From NCBI GenBank assembly GCA_963667665.2, contig OY763927.2:1696001-1760000 (forward strand): a stretch of DNA of 64,000 nucleotides, in the 5' to 3' direction. This document shows positions 21,282-31,226 of the stretch, piece after piece. Within the stretch, counting starts at the first letter, position 1. Each line of letters begins with the position of its first letter. This DNA is from Nitrosopumilus sp. GTDB taxonomy: Archaea; Thermoproteota; Nitrososphaeria; Nitrososphaerales; Nitrosopumilaceae. The notes beneath the pieces were generated by a model that ran no database searches, was not told the DNA's origin, and was given only the letters and a program-made list of their open reading frames with translations. The position numbers were made by a program, and so were the translations under genes.

Positions 21282-22552
21282 TAAAAATAATCAAAGTTTC
21301 TAATGTTAAAAAATTTGCAGCTAAAATTCTTCAAAAACAGCCTCAAAAAAACAAAACCATTGTTGAATCTATTCTAAAAAATGTCAAAAAAAATGGCGAT
21401 GATGCAATCCGAAAATATGAAAAAAAATTTAGCGGTGCAAATATTTCTTCATTACGTTTATCTCAAACAGAAATAAAAAATGCATATTCTAAAGTTTCCA
21501 AAAATGAACTTAGTGCAATACGATTAGCGAAAGCTAGACTTGAAAAAACAGAATCTGCAATAAAATCTCTTTTAAAAAATAAAACCATTAGCAATGATGG
21601 AATTAAAATTTCTAAAAAATTTATTCCAATTGAAAGTGTTGGATGTTACATACCAGGTGGGTTGGCAAAATATCCAAGTTCTGTAGTTATGTCTGTAGTT
21701 CCAGCTAAAATTGCAGGTGTTAAACGAATTGTAGTGGTGTCTCCTCCAAATTCAAAAGGAAAGATTGATCCATTAACAATTATTACTGCAAATATTTGTG
21801 GTGCTAATGAAATTTACAAAACAGGTGGTGCACAATCTATTGCAGCATTATCATATGGTACAAAAACTATTTCTAAAGTTGACAAAATTGTTGGCCCTGG
21901 AGGTTCATTTGTTACTATTGCAAAATATTTGACAAGTGATCAAACTGGAATCGATATGCTTGCAGGTCCTACGGAATTAGGAATTGTTGCAGATAGTTCA
22001 TCTAATCCAAAGTTTATTGCATTAGATCTCATTTCTCAAGCAGAACACAGCAAAGATACTCTTTGTTATTTGATTACAAATTCTGAAAAACTTGCAAAAT
22101 CTGTTAATAAAATAATTTCTAAACTAATACATGAAATTCAAAGAGACAATTTAGTAAAATCAAGTCTAAAAAATAATGGATTTATTGCAATATGTCAAAC
22201 TAAATCTGACATGATTTCGCTTGCAAATGCTTTGGCACCTGAACACTTGCAAATAATGACAAAAAATCCTGAATCTTTTTCATCAAAAATCAATACACCA
22301 GGATTAATTTTGATTGGAAACTATACTCCATCATCTGCTAGTGACTATGTTTTAGGCTCAAATCACATTCTTCCTACTAATGGATTTGGAAAAATTCGAG
22401 GCTCACTTTCAGTTTTGGACTTTATCAAGATAAACACACAAGTTGTTTCATCCAAATCATCATTGTCCAAAATTTCAAAATATCTTGAAGTTTTAACTAA
22501 TGCTGAAGGACTTCCTAACCATTATGAAGCAGTCAGAGGTAGACTAGAATGA
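21278..22552 (+). CDS. hisD: Histidinol dehydrogenase
   Basis: GCYIPGG, GGAQSIAAL, KIVGPG, AGPTE, SQAEH, PEHL, GSNHILPT. Confidence 0.95.
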   Translation: MIKIIKVSNVKKFAAKILQKQPQKNKTIVESILKNVKKNGDDAIRKYEKKFSGANISSLRLSQTEIKNAYSKVSKNELSAIRLAKARLEKTESAIKSLLKNKTISNDGIKISKKFIPIESVGCYIPGGLAKYPSSVVMSVVPAKIAGVKRIVVVSPPNSKGKIDPLTIITANICGANEIYKTGGAQSIAALSYGTKTISKVDKIVGPGGSFVTIAKYLTSDQTGIDMLAGPTELGIVADSSSNPKFIALDLISQAEHSKDTLCYLITNSEKLAKSVNKIISKLIHEIQRDNLVKSSLKNNGFIAICQTKSDMISLANALAPEHLQIMTKNPESFSSKINTPGLILIGNYTPSSASDYVLGSNHILPTNGFGKIRGSLSVLDFIKINTQVVSSKSSLSKISKYLEVLTNAEGLPNHYEAVRGRLE

Positions 22553-23619
22553 AAAAAAATTGGTTTGAAGAAAAAATAAAGAAATTTTCTGCTATTGGGG
22601 GTTATCAAAAACCTGAGCTCAATCAGAATGCATTAAAACTTGACTCAAATGAAAATTATGTGATTCCAAAACAATTTCAAAATGATATTATCTCATCAGC
22701 AAGAAAAAATTCTGATGTAAGAGAATATCCACTTGGTGGAGTAGAATTCTTGATTCAAAAAATATCTAAATTTGTTAAAATGCCTTCTTCAATGATCGGT
22801 GTTGGTAATGGTTCTGATCAAATTTTGGATTTAATACTATCTAATTTTGCATCAAAACAAACCAAAATCCTTACTTCAAATCCTACTTTTGGATTTTTTG
22901 AAGAACGATGTAAATTGTATTCAATTCCTTTGATTGCAATTTCGTTTTCAAATGATATGAAATTAGACATTAACGATTTTAAAAAGCAATCTAAAAATGC
23001 AGATATACTATATCTTGACTCTCCAAATAATCCTACAGGATTTCAATTTTCAAAAAATGAATTACAAAAACTTATCAAATCTTTTAATGGTCTTGTAATA
23101 ATTGATGAAGCCTATGGTGAGTTTGGTGATTATTCTCTATCAAGTATGGTAAAAACTCAAGAAAATCTGATTGTTGTACAAACTCTTTCTAAATCATTTG
23201 GATTAGCTGGACTTAGACTAGGATATTTTATTGCAAATAAGAAATTCACTACTATCTTTATGAATGTCCTACAATATCCATATCCTTTGACAACTATAAC
23301 TATTGAATCTGGAATTTTAGCTTTAGACAAATCAAATCTTATGAAAAGTACAGTAGCTAATATCAAAATTGAAAGAAAAAGAATTATTGAAACTTTGCAG
23401 AAATATGATGCCTTTGAAGTCTTTGATTCCAAGGCTAATTTTGTGCTATTTGATGCTAAAGGAATCTACAAGCGAGTATATTCAGCACTTGCTGAACAAG
23501 GAATTTCTATTCGAAAATTAGGGAGAATAAATAATCATGAAGGATGTCTTAGAGTAACAATTGGAACCAAAGAAATGAACTCAAAATTTTTACTAGCTAT
23601 TCGTGATTTATTGGGATGA
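22549..23619 (+). CDS. hisC: Histidinol-phosphate aminotransferase
   Basis: LDSNEN, GNGSDQ, SPNNPTG, DEAY, TLSKSFGLAGLRLG. Confidence 0.94.
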   Translation: MKKNWFEEKIKKFSAIGGYQKPELNQNALKLDSNENYVIPKQFQNDIISSARKNSDVREYPLGGVEFLIQKISKFVKMPSSMIGVGNGSDQILDLILSNFASKQTKILTSNPTFGFFEERCKLYSIPLIAISFSNDMKLDINDFKKQSKNADILYLDSPNNPTGFQFSKNELQKLIKSFNGLVIIDEAYGEFGDYSLSSMVKTQENLIVVQTLSKSFGLAGLRLGYFIANKKFTTIFMNVLQYPYPLTTITIESGILALDKSNLMKSTVANIKIERKRIIETLQKYDAFEVFDSKANFVLFDAKGIYKRVYSALAEQGISIRKLGRINNHEGCLRVTIGTKEMNSKFLLAIRDLLG

Positions 23620-24590
23620 CTTTAAGAAAAAAATCTGAAGGAATCTATACCGATGATTCTGGTATTGATGCCCTAAATGAAATTGATGCAATAATTTTTG
23701 ATTGTGATGGTGTTTTAATTGATATTACAAAATCATATGATCAAGCAATAATTAAGACAACCCAATATGTTTTAAAGAATTTTGCAAAAATTAATGATAC
23801 AATATATGTAGATTTTAAAATAATTGATGGATTCAAATCAACAGGTGGATTCAATGATGAAGTTGATCTTACATATGCTGCAATAATTTCCCTAGTTGCT
23901 GCCAAAAAATTAAAAAAAGATCAAACAAGTTTTATTTTTGATGTAATAAAAAATTCTGATTCTAGCGGTATTGTATCCGTAGAAAAATATCTTGAAAATC
24001 AAGTTGATATTTCTGATATTAAAAAACAATTATCTTATCCTGATATGCATAATGAAAATCCTTTATCTCAAATATTTGATCAATTATTTTATGGACCTGA
24101 ATTATACCAAAAGTTATTTGAAAATTCTTCCAAATTTTCTGAATCAGGTTTAATTGAGCAAGATGATGTAATTTTAAATAAATCATTAATTGAAAAATTA
24201 CAAAACAAATTTAATTCAAAAATTGCTATAGTGACAGGTAGAGGAAAAGAATCTACAAGTTATTCTTTAAAGACATTATTGGATAAATTTGACCTAAAAA
24301 ATTCTACATTTTTAGAAGATGAATCAAGAGAACTTGCAAAACCAAATCCTCAACCACTTATAGATTCAATTAAAGGAATGAATAGTATTTCAACTCTGTT
24401 TGTTGGAGATTCTATGGAAGATTTCATCATGGCAAAAAAGTCCACTGAATTAGGAAGTAATACTACTTTTTGTGGAATTATTGGTACTAGTAAGAATCCT
24501 CAAGAAAAACTTGAATTGTTTCAGCGTAATGGTGCTATTCTAGTATTAGATTCAATCAATCTACTTCCAAAGGTATTAAATTTAGAATAA
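23616..24590 (+). CDS. HAD-family hydrolase, candidate histidinol-phosphate phosphatase
   Basis: FDCDGVL, VTGR, KPNP, VGDSMED motifs; lies between hisC and hisB. Confidence 0.8.
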   Translation: MTLRKKSEGIYTDDSGIDALNEIDAIIFDCDGVLIDITKSYDQAIIKTTQYVLKNFAKINDTIYVDFKIIDGFKSTGGFNDEVDLTYAAIISLVAAKKLKKDQTSFIFDVIKNSDSSGIVSVEKYLENQVDISDIKKQLSYPDMHNENPLSQIFDQLFYGPELYQKLFENSSKFSESGLIEQDDVILNKSLIEKLQNKFNSKIAIVTGRGKESTSYSLKTLLDKFDLKNSTFLEDESRELAKPNPQPLIDSIKGMNSISTLFVGDSMEDFIMAKKSTELGSNTTFCGIIGTSKNPQEKLELFQRNGAILVLDSINLLPKVLNLE

Positions 24591-24607
24591 AGCATATTCC
24601 ATAACCT

Positions 24608-25204
24608 GTGATAAATTTGAAACCAAGAAAGGCATCAATTAAACGAAATACTAAGGAAACTAATGTTCAAGTATCTGTCAATATAGACGGAACTGGAAAA
24701 ACAAGCATCAAAACTGGCATTAATTTTCTTGATCACTTGATTGTATCATTTGGTAAACACGGCATGATGGATCTGAAAGTTGATGCAAAATCTAATGATG
24801 GAATTGAACATCATCTTATTGAAGATACTGCAATTACTATAGGACAAGTAATTGATAAAGCATTAAGCTCCAGAACTGGAATAACAAGATTCAGTTATGC
24901 ATCTGTTCCCATGGATGAATCTCTTGCTGAAGCTTCAATTGATTTAGTAAAACGTCCATTTTGGAAATTAACTTTGTCAATTAAGCGTAGTAAAATTGAA
25001 GATATCTCCAAAGAAGATTTGGAACACTTTTTTCAATCATTACTGCAAAATCTGAATTGCTGTATCCACCTTACTGTAAAGTATGGAGATAATGATCACC
25101 ACAAAGTAGAATCTGCAATAAAGTCACTTGCTGTTGCATTTAGAAATGCCTCAACAATAGATAAAAAACAAAAAGGAATTCCTAGTACCAAAGGTTCAAT
25201 GTAA
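24608..25204 (+). CDS. hisB: Imidazoleglycerol-phosphate dehydratase
   Basis: RNTKET, FLDHL, HHLIED, PMDES, NDHHKVE, PSTKG. Confidence 0.95.
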   Translation: MINLKPRKASIKRNTKETNVQVSVNIDGTGKTSIKTGINFLDHLIVSFGKHGMMDLKVDAKSNDGIEHHLIEDTAITIGQVIDKALSSRTGITRFSYASVPMDESLAEASIDLVKRPFWKLTLSIKRSKIEDISKEDLEHFFQSLLQNLNCCIHLTVKYGDNDHHKVESAIKSLAVAFRNASTIDKKQKGIPSTKGSM

Positions 25205-25812
25205 TGGTAAGTGTAGCAATTTTTGATTATGGCGCTGGAAATATTTTCAGCCTTAAAAATTCACTTGAAAAAGCAGGAGCTTCAGTGGATATAATTAATA
25301 ATTTTGATAAACCTAATGAATATTCTGGTTTACTACTTCCTGGTGTGGGAAACTTTGATCCTGCCATCAAAAGTATAACAGAATTTTCAAAAACTGGATT
25401 TATGGATTTTGTAAAGGATACTACTCCTGTTCTTGGAATTTGTCTTGGAATGGAGATGTTTTTTGAAAAAAGTGAAGAAGGAAAAGAGAAAGGTTTGGAA
25501 ATAATAGATGGTGAAGTGGTTGTTCTTCCACTATCTATGAAAGTACCTCATATGGGATGGAATGATTTAGAGATAAAAAAACCAGGTAAACTTTTAGAAG
25601 GAGTTGATAATGGTTCTTGGGTTTATTTTGTTCACTCGTATAGAGTTAAACCAAATTCTAGTGATGTAATCACTGCAGAATCAGATTATGGTATTAAAGT
25701 TACAGCAGTAGTTGAACAAGACAACTTTTTTGGAACTCAATTTCATCCAGAAAAATCTGGTTCTGTAGGACAAATCATGATAAAGAATTTTCTTGGCGTG
25801 TGTAAAAAATGA
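25204..25812 (+). CDS. hisH: Imidazole glycerol phosphate synthase, glutaminase subunit
   Basis: DYGAGN, PGVG, GICLGM, PHMGWN, YFVHSY, QFHPEKS. Confidence 0.96.
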   Translation: MVSVAIFDYGAGNIFSLKNSLEKAGASVDIINNFDKPNEYSGLLLPGVGNFDPAIKSITEFSKTGFMDFVKDTTPVLGICLGMEMFFEKSEEGKEKGLEIIDGEVVVLPLSMKVPHMGWNDLEIKKPGKLLEGVDNGSWVYFVHSYRVKPNSSDVITAESDYGIKVTAVVEQDNFFGTQFHPEKSGSVGQIMIKNFLGVCKK

Positions 25813-26516
25813 AAATCATTCCTGCTATTGATCTAATGAATGGACAAGTGGTTCGACTTTACAAAGGTGATCCAAAGAAGAAAACAGTATACAGCGATAA
25901 CCCTGTTGAAATTGCAAAAAAATGGGAAGCAAATGGTGCTGATATGTTGCATCTTGTAGATTTGGATGCTACTTTAGGAATAGGTTCTAACATTTCAATT
26001 ATTAAAAAGATATTAGATGAAATCTCAATTCCTGTTGAAGTTGCTGGTGGATTAAGAGACAGATCAATAGTTATGGATGTAGCTAAAATTTCAAAAAGAA
26101 TTGTATTGGGAACATTGGCCTTTAATGATAAACCTTTGTTGAAAACATTGTTAACTGAACTTGGATCCAAAAAAATTGTAGTTTCAGTTGATCACATAGA
26201 CAGTGAAATAGTAATCAATGGTTGGCAAGATAAAACTGGAATTAAATTAATTGATTCTATCAAAGAATTCCTTGATATGGGGTTTACCGAATTCTTATTA
26301 ACAAATGTTAGTCGTGATGGAACTATGGAGGGTCCTGAATTAGAATTTTTAGAGCAGGCATGTAGATTAACAAATGCAAATGTAATTGCTAGTGGCGGAA
26401 TTTCTAATGTGAATGATGTTAAAAATGTAAAAGAAAAAAATGCCTTTGGAGTAATTTTAGGAAAAGCACTATATGAAAATAAAATTTCTATTGAAGAGGC
26501 AAAGAAAATAGTATGA
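25809..26516 (+). CDS. hisA: ProFAR isomerase
   Basis: IIPAIDL..GQVVRL, LHLVDLD, GGLR, DGT..G, ASGG. Confidence 0.95.
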   Translation: MKIIPAIDLMNGQVVRLYKGDPKKKTVYSDNPVEIAKKWEANGADMLHLVDLDATLGIGSNISIIKKILDEISIPVEVAGGLRDRSIVMDVAKISKRIVLGTLAFNDKPLLKTLLTELGSKKIVVSVDHIDSEIVINGWQDKTGIKLIDSIKEFLDMGFTEFLLTNVSRDGTMEGPELEFLEQACRLTNANVIASGGISNVNDVKNVKEKNAFGVILGKALYENKISIEEAKKIV

Positions 26517-27316
26517 CTCTAACAAAACGAATAATTCCTTGTCTTGATGTAAAAAATGGGAGAGTTGTTAAAGGATTAAATTTTGAATCAATTAAGGATG
26601 CAGGTGATCCTGTAGAACTTGCAGAAAAATATTGCAATGAAGGAGCAGATGAGTTAGTATTTTTGGATATTACTGCATCTGATGAGCAAAGAGAGATCAT
26701 TAAAGAGTTAGTTAGAAAAGTTGCATCAGTAATTGATATTCCATTTACTGTAGGTGGTGGTGTAAAATCATTAGAAGATGCAAGAAACATCTTACTTAAT
26801 GGAGCTGACAAAGTTGGTATTAACACTGGCGCAATAAAAAATCCAAAAATCATAACTGAATTGATGGAATTATTTGGCCGTCAGTGTATTGTAATTGCAA
26901 TTGATGCCAAAAGAAATTATGACATTAAAGAAAATGTAACTATTTTTTTAGAAAATAATAAAAAATTCTGGTTTGAAGTTTTCATTTATGGCGGCAAACA
27001 AGGAACTGGAATTGATGTCATTCAATGGGCAAAAAAAGCCCAACATCTTGGAGCTGGAGAGATCCTTCTTACAAGTATTGATAAAGATGGCACAAAAGAT
27101 GGCTATGATATTATACTTACAAAGTCAATTGTTGATTCTGTGTCTATTCCAGTAATTGCTTCTGGTGGATGTGGAAAACCAAGTGATATGGTAGATGTAT
27201 TACATGAATCAAATGTTGATGCTGTATTAGCTGCTTCGATTTTTCACTATGAAACTCATGGTGTAAAAGGAGTTAAAATATACCTTAAAGAAAAAAAAAT
27301 CCCTGTAAGGTTATAA
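26513..27316 (+). CDS. hisF: Imidazole glycerol phosphate synthase, cyclase subunit
   Basis: RIIPCLDV, GADELVFLDI, GAGEILLTSID.DGT, AASIFH. Confidence 0.96.
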   Translation: MTLTKRIIPCLDVKNGRVVKGLNFESIKDAGDPVELAEKYCNEGADELVFLDITASDEQREIIKELVRKVASVIDIPFTVGGGVKSLEDARNILLNGADKVGINTGAIKNPKIITELMELFGRQCIVIAIDAKRNYDIKENVTIFLENNKKFWFEVFIYGGKQGTGIDVIQWAKKAQHLGAGEILLTSIDKDGTKDGYDIILTKSIVDSVSIPVIASGGCGKPSDMVDVLHESNVDAVLAASIFHYETHGVKGVKIYLKEKKIPVRL

Positions 27317-27338
27317 GCCCTATTTTCAATTTTAAATT

Positions 27339-27668
27339 ATGCAAAAAAAAATTGATGATATAGATTTTGAAAAAAGTGGTGGATTAATTCCAATTATAGT
27401 TCAAGATGTAAATACAAAAGATGTTCTTACACTTGCTTATTCCAATAAAGAATCTCTTGAACTAACAAAGAAAACTGGAAACTCTTGGTTTTGGAGTCGT
27501 TCAAGAAATAAACTTTGGATGAAAGGTGAAGAATCAGGTAATACACAAAAAGTAAAAGAAATTCTTGTTGATTGTGATTTAGATGCAATAATTTATCTTG
27601 TTGAACCATCAGGACCAGCTTGTCATACTGGTGAGAAGGTTTGCTTTCACAATAATCTAGAAAAATAA
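27339..27668 (+). CDS. hisI: Phosphoribosyl-AMP cyclohydrolase
   Basis: WSRSR..LWMKGEESG, DCDLD, ACHTG...CF. Confidence 0.95.
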   Translation: MQKKIDDIDFEKSGGLIPIIVQDVNTKDVLTLAYSNKESLELTKKTGNSWFWSRSRNKLWMKGEESGNTQKVKEILVDCDLDAIIYLVEPSGPACHTGEKVCFHNNLEK

Positions 27669-27669
27669 T

Positions 27670-28245
27670 TTAACAAATGGATTCAATATTTGTTCCAGGA
27701 ACAATTCTTTCTGTAATGTTAAAATTTAGATTAGGATAATTTGTTCCTCTAAAAACTAATGCCCATTTTCCAATTATGTCATCTACAGAACAAATACCTC
27801 TAAGTTTTGATATTCCAGGTTCTACGTAATAATTGAATCTTGCTTTTTGTGTTCCATCAAATGGAATTGTAATATACACAGAATAATGAGTAACATTCAG
27901 TGGTCTCATTACTGCAACTTGTCCTTTAGCATCTAATTCCAATCCGACAATCCTAATGAAGATCTTTTCACCTATAGCGTATTCACTTCGATCAATCTGA
28001 AATGGTCCAGATGTAATCCATTCTCCTCTTGGTAATACTTTGTAATCTGATTCATTGGCTATTTTTTGAATCTCATCTAATTTTTTTTGAATCTCTGGAG
28101 TCTCAACTATCTGTATCTCTTTGTCAGATATAATCAAATCAATTTTTACAACATCTGATTTTTCATATGGTATCAAAACTAAAATCAAAATTATTGCAAG
28201 AATTCCAATTCCCCCAGCAATTACTGCTATTAGACTCATCTTCAT
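27670..28245 (-). CDS. Hypothetical membrane-anchored protein
   Basis: N-terminal TM helix followed by a beta-rich domain (SGPFQIDRSEY). Confidence 0.7.
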   Translation of the reverse strand: MKMSLIAVIAGGIGILAIILILVLIPYEKSDVVKIDLIISDKEIQIVETPEIQKKLDEIQKIANESDYKVLPRGEWITSGPFQIDRSEYAIGEKIFIRIVGLELDAKGQVAVMRPLNVTHYSVYITIPFDGTQKARFNYYVEPGISKLRGICSVDDIIGKWALVFRGTNYPNLNFNITERIVPGTNIESIC

Positions 28246-28402
28246 ATGAGAAATTCTTTTAAAAAATCTCTAAAAACCTTACCATTGTTAAATATTCAGG
28301 GATAAACAGTTTTTTTCTGAAATTTTCTTAAAACTATGGATAACTTTGTAGTTTTTATCTATATTTAAGCAAAAAATATCACTATATTTTAATTCATTAA
28401 AA

Positions 28403-28417
28403 TTAAGTATTACTTAA
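28403..28417. promoter_or_regulatory. Perfect palindrome TTAAGTA-T-TACTTAA upstream of thrC, candidate operator
   Basis: 7-bp arms with a 1-nt spacer, about 50 bp before the TTG; an AAGGAG SD-like site lies near 28450. Confidence 0.35.
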
Positions 28418-28464
28418 CTTGATATTAGGATTTTTTATGTATATTATCAAAGGAGAAATTAGTC

Positions 28465-29679
28465 TTGGCTAGAACATCATTACAGTGCAGAGAGTGTAAA
28501 AAAGAATACGAGTCTACTTTCAAGTATATTTGTGATGACTGTTTTGGCCCACTTGATGTAAAGTATGATTTTCCAACAATTACAAAAGATACATTTTCCA
28601 ACCGTGAACATACGTATTGGCGATATTTTGAACTATTACCAATAGAGAACAAATCAAACATTGTAAGTATTGGTGCAGGAATGACACCATTAACCAAAGC
28701 AGACAAGTTAGGAGAAAAACTAGGTTTGAAAAATCTTTACATCAAAAATGATTCTGTAAATCCTACATTTTCATTTAAAGACAGACCTGCTGGTGTTGCA
28801 GTATCAAAGGCAAAGGAATTTGGATTATCAGCTGTTGGTTGTGCATCTACTGGTAATTTAGCATCAGCTACTGCAGCACATGCTGCAAAAGGTGGATTTC
28901 CATGTCATGTCTTTGCTCCAAGTGATATTGAAATGGCAAAGATTGCACAGGCATTGTCTTATGGTGCAAATTACATTGCAGTAGATGGAACATACGATGA
29001 TGCAAACAGAATAGCTGCACAAATTGGTGATTCTAAAGGAATAGGAATTGTAAATATTAACATGCGTTCTCATTATGTAGAGGGTTCAAAAACTCTAGCA
29101 TTTGAAGTTGCAGAACAACTTGATTGGCAAGTACCTGATCAACTAATAGTACCAGTAGGAAGTGGTGCAATGCTTAATGCAATTTGTAAAGGATTTGAAG
29201 AATTGCAAAGTATTTCATTACTTGATGATGTTTCTAATATGCATATGATTGCAGCACAACCACATGGTTGTGCTCCTATTGTTGATGCATTTAAGAAAAA
29301 TTCTAAAGAAGTAATTCCAGTTGAGCATCCTGATACTGTTGCAAAAAGTTTAGCAATTGGTGATCCTGGTGATGGTAGATATGTATTGAAACGTTTACAA
29401 CAATACAATGGATTTGCTGAAGAAACAAATAACAAGGAAATTCTTGATGCAATTTTATTACTTGCACAAACTGAAGGAATATTTACAGAACCAGCCGGTG
29501 GAGTTTCAATAGCTGTTCTTCAAAAAATGATAGAACAAGGAAAGATTGATGCAAATGACAAAGTGGTATGCTATGTAACTGGAAATGGTCTAAAGGCAAC
29601 AGAATCAATTATGGAAGTTTTAGAAAAACCCATAGTAATGAAAGCAGATGTAAAAGAAATATCGGCGGTAGTAAACTAG
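28465..29679 (+). CDS. thrC: Threonine synthase-like PLP enzyme with an N-terminal zinc ribbon
   Basis: CREC..CDDC, NPTFSFKDR (PLP Lys), ASTGN, PVGSG, EPAGG, TGNGLK. Confidence 0.88.
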   Translation: MARTSLQCRECKKEYESTFKYICDDCFGPLDVKYDFPTITKDTFSNREHTYWRYFELLPIENKSNIVSIGAGMTPLTKADKLGEKLGLKNLYIKNDSVNPTFSFKDRPAGVAVSKAKEFGLSAVGCASTGNLASATAAHAAKGGFPCHVFAPSDIEMAKIAQALSYGANYIAVDGTYDDANRIAAQIGDSKGIGIVNINMRSHYVEGSKTLAFEVAEQLDWQVPDQLIVPVGSGAMLNAICKGFEELQSISLLDDVSNMHMIAAQPHGCAPIVDAFKKNSKEVIPVEHPDTVAKSLAIGDPGDGRYVLKRLQQYNGFAEETNNKEILDAILLLAQTEGIFTEPAGGVSIAVLQKMIEQGKIDANDKVVCYVTGNGLKATESIMEVLEKPIVMKADVKEISAVVN

Positions 29680-31010
29680 TGGCAAATATCACATTTACAA
29701 TTCCTTCTGTTCTAAATCAAGGTGGTGGAGAAAAAAAGACTGAGATCTCAGCTGATTCATTAGCTGATGCATTTGCAAAAATCTTTGAATCCATGGGTGA
29801 TGATTTTAAGCGTAGAGTCTTGGAAAATGATGGAACTCTACGCTCACTAATTAACATCTACATTAATGGCAAAAATGCAAAATTTTCTGATGGTATGCAA
29901 ACTGTTCTAAAAGATGGCGATGAAGTGTATATCTTACCTGCAGTTGCTGGAGGTTCTGAAGAATTATCTTCTAAGGAACTTGATAGATTTTCACGACAAG
30001 TAATGCTTGAAGAGATTGGTTATCAAGGACAATTAAAATTAAAAAATGCAAAAGTTTGTGTTGTTGGAACTGGTGGTTTGGGAAATCCAATCACATCAAG
30101 ACTTGCTGCTATGGGTGTTGGAACTTTACGAATTGTTGATAGAGATGTAATTGAATTATCTAATTTGCATAGACAGATAATGTTTAATGAAGATGATGTT
30201 GGTCAAGTAAAAGTTGAAGTTGCTGCAAAAAAATTACAAAAACTAAATCCTGATTGTAAAATAGAAGCATTAGCAATATCTGTAAATGATTACACTGCAC
30301 TAGAAGTAATTGAAGGATGCGATGTTGTAATTGATGCACTTGATAGTGTTAATGCAAGATATGCATTAAACAAAGCATGTGTGAAACTTGGAATTCCATT
30401 TGTAACAGGAGCTGCAGTTGGAGTTTCAGGACAAGCATTTACAGTTTTACCAAAACAAAGTGCATGTTACTATTGCATGTTTCCAGAATTAAATGAAGAT
30501 ACAATGCCAACATGTAGTATTGAAGGAGTTCATCCATCAATACTTTCAATTGTTGGTGGAATCGAAGTTGCAGAAGCTGTAAAAATTATTATTGGAAAAA
30601 AACCTAGTCTTTCTGAAAAAATTTTACATATTGATTTAGAAAATCTTGACTTTAACAGTACAAGAACATTCAGAGCTGAAGAGTGTCCAATTTGTGGAAC
30701 AGGAAAACTTGAAGTCACAACAAAAGAAGAATTAATTCTAGAAGAACTGTGTGGACGAAATCAAGGAAAGCGAACATTTTCTATTACTCCAACTGAAACA
30801 TTTGATCTTGATGTAAATGCTGTAACTAACATTGCAAAGGAAAAAGGATTCACAGTAGAGAATCAAGGCACCTTGGGATTATCATTAAGAACAAATGATC
30901 TCTTTGTTAGTTTTATGAAAAAAGGATCTGCAGTAGTTATAGGCTCAAAAGATGAATCTGACGCAATAATATTGTACAAAACTCTACTTGGTAAAGAGAT
31001 CAAGGCATAA
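29679..31010 (+). CDS. Fusion of a ThiS/MoaD ubiquitin-like protein and a ThiF/MoeB (E1-like) adenylyltransferase
   Basis: GTG start overlaps the thrC stop; beta-grasp domain ends ...DGDEVYILPAVAGG, then RFSRQ, VGTGGLG, DRDVIELSNLHRQ, CYYC, PTC, CPIC. Confidence 0.9.
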   Translation: MANITFTIPSVLNQGGGEKKTEISADSLADAFAKIFESMGDDFKRRVLENDGTLRSLINIYINGKNAKFSDGMQTVLKDGDEVYILPAVAGGSEELSSKELDRFSRQVMLEEIGYQGQLKLKNAKVCVVGTGGLGNPITSRLAAMGVGTLRIVDRDVIELSNLHRQIMFNEDDVGQVKVEVAAKKLQKLNPDCKIEALAISVNDYTALEVIEGCDVVIDALDSVNARYALNKACVKLGIPFVTGAAVGVSGQAFTVLPKQSACYYCMFPELNEDTMPTCSIEGVHPSILSIVGGIEVAEAVKIIIGKKPSLSEKILHIDLENLDFNSTRTFRAEECPICGTGKLEVTTKEELILEELCGRNQGKRTFSITPTETFDLDVNAVTNIAKEKGFTVENQGTLGLSLRTNDLFVSFMKKGSAVVIGSKDESDAIILYKTLLGKEIKA

Positions 31011-31171
31011 AATAGGCTGTAAAAATTTCATAAATTATATGAAAAACATGAAAAATATTTAGATCAAACAATAGATTTAGTGGTAAAACATGATTTTTAT
31101 AATCAAATTTTATAAGATTTCTATAAAAATATTAAATTTGTTAAAAAAAATCACAAGATTTTCTCAATTTG

Positions 31172-31199
31172 TGGACAAATCGTCCATTAGCCTTAAATA
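31172..31199 (+). promoter_or_regulatory. S-layer gene promoter: TGGAC-N5-GTCCA palindrome plus TATA box
   Basis: Palindrome at 31172-31186; TTAAATA at 31193-31199, about 28 nt before the ATG, consistent with a leaderless transcript. Confidence 0.55.
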
Positions 31200-31226
31200 C
31201 AAATTTTAAAGAAAAATGTCAATAAC

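Noticed and set aside
29568-29678. N-terminal extension of the ThiS-ThiF fusion
   Set aside because: It overlaps thrC out of frame; the GTG at 29679 gives a normal ThiS/MoaD start.
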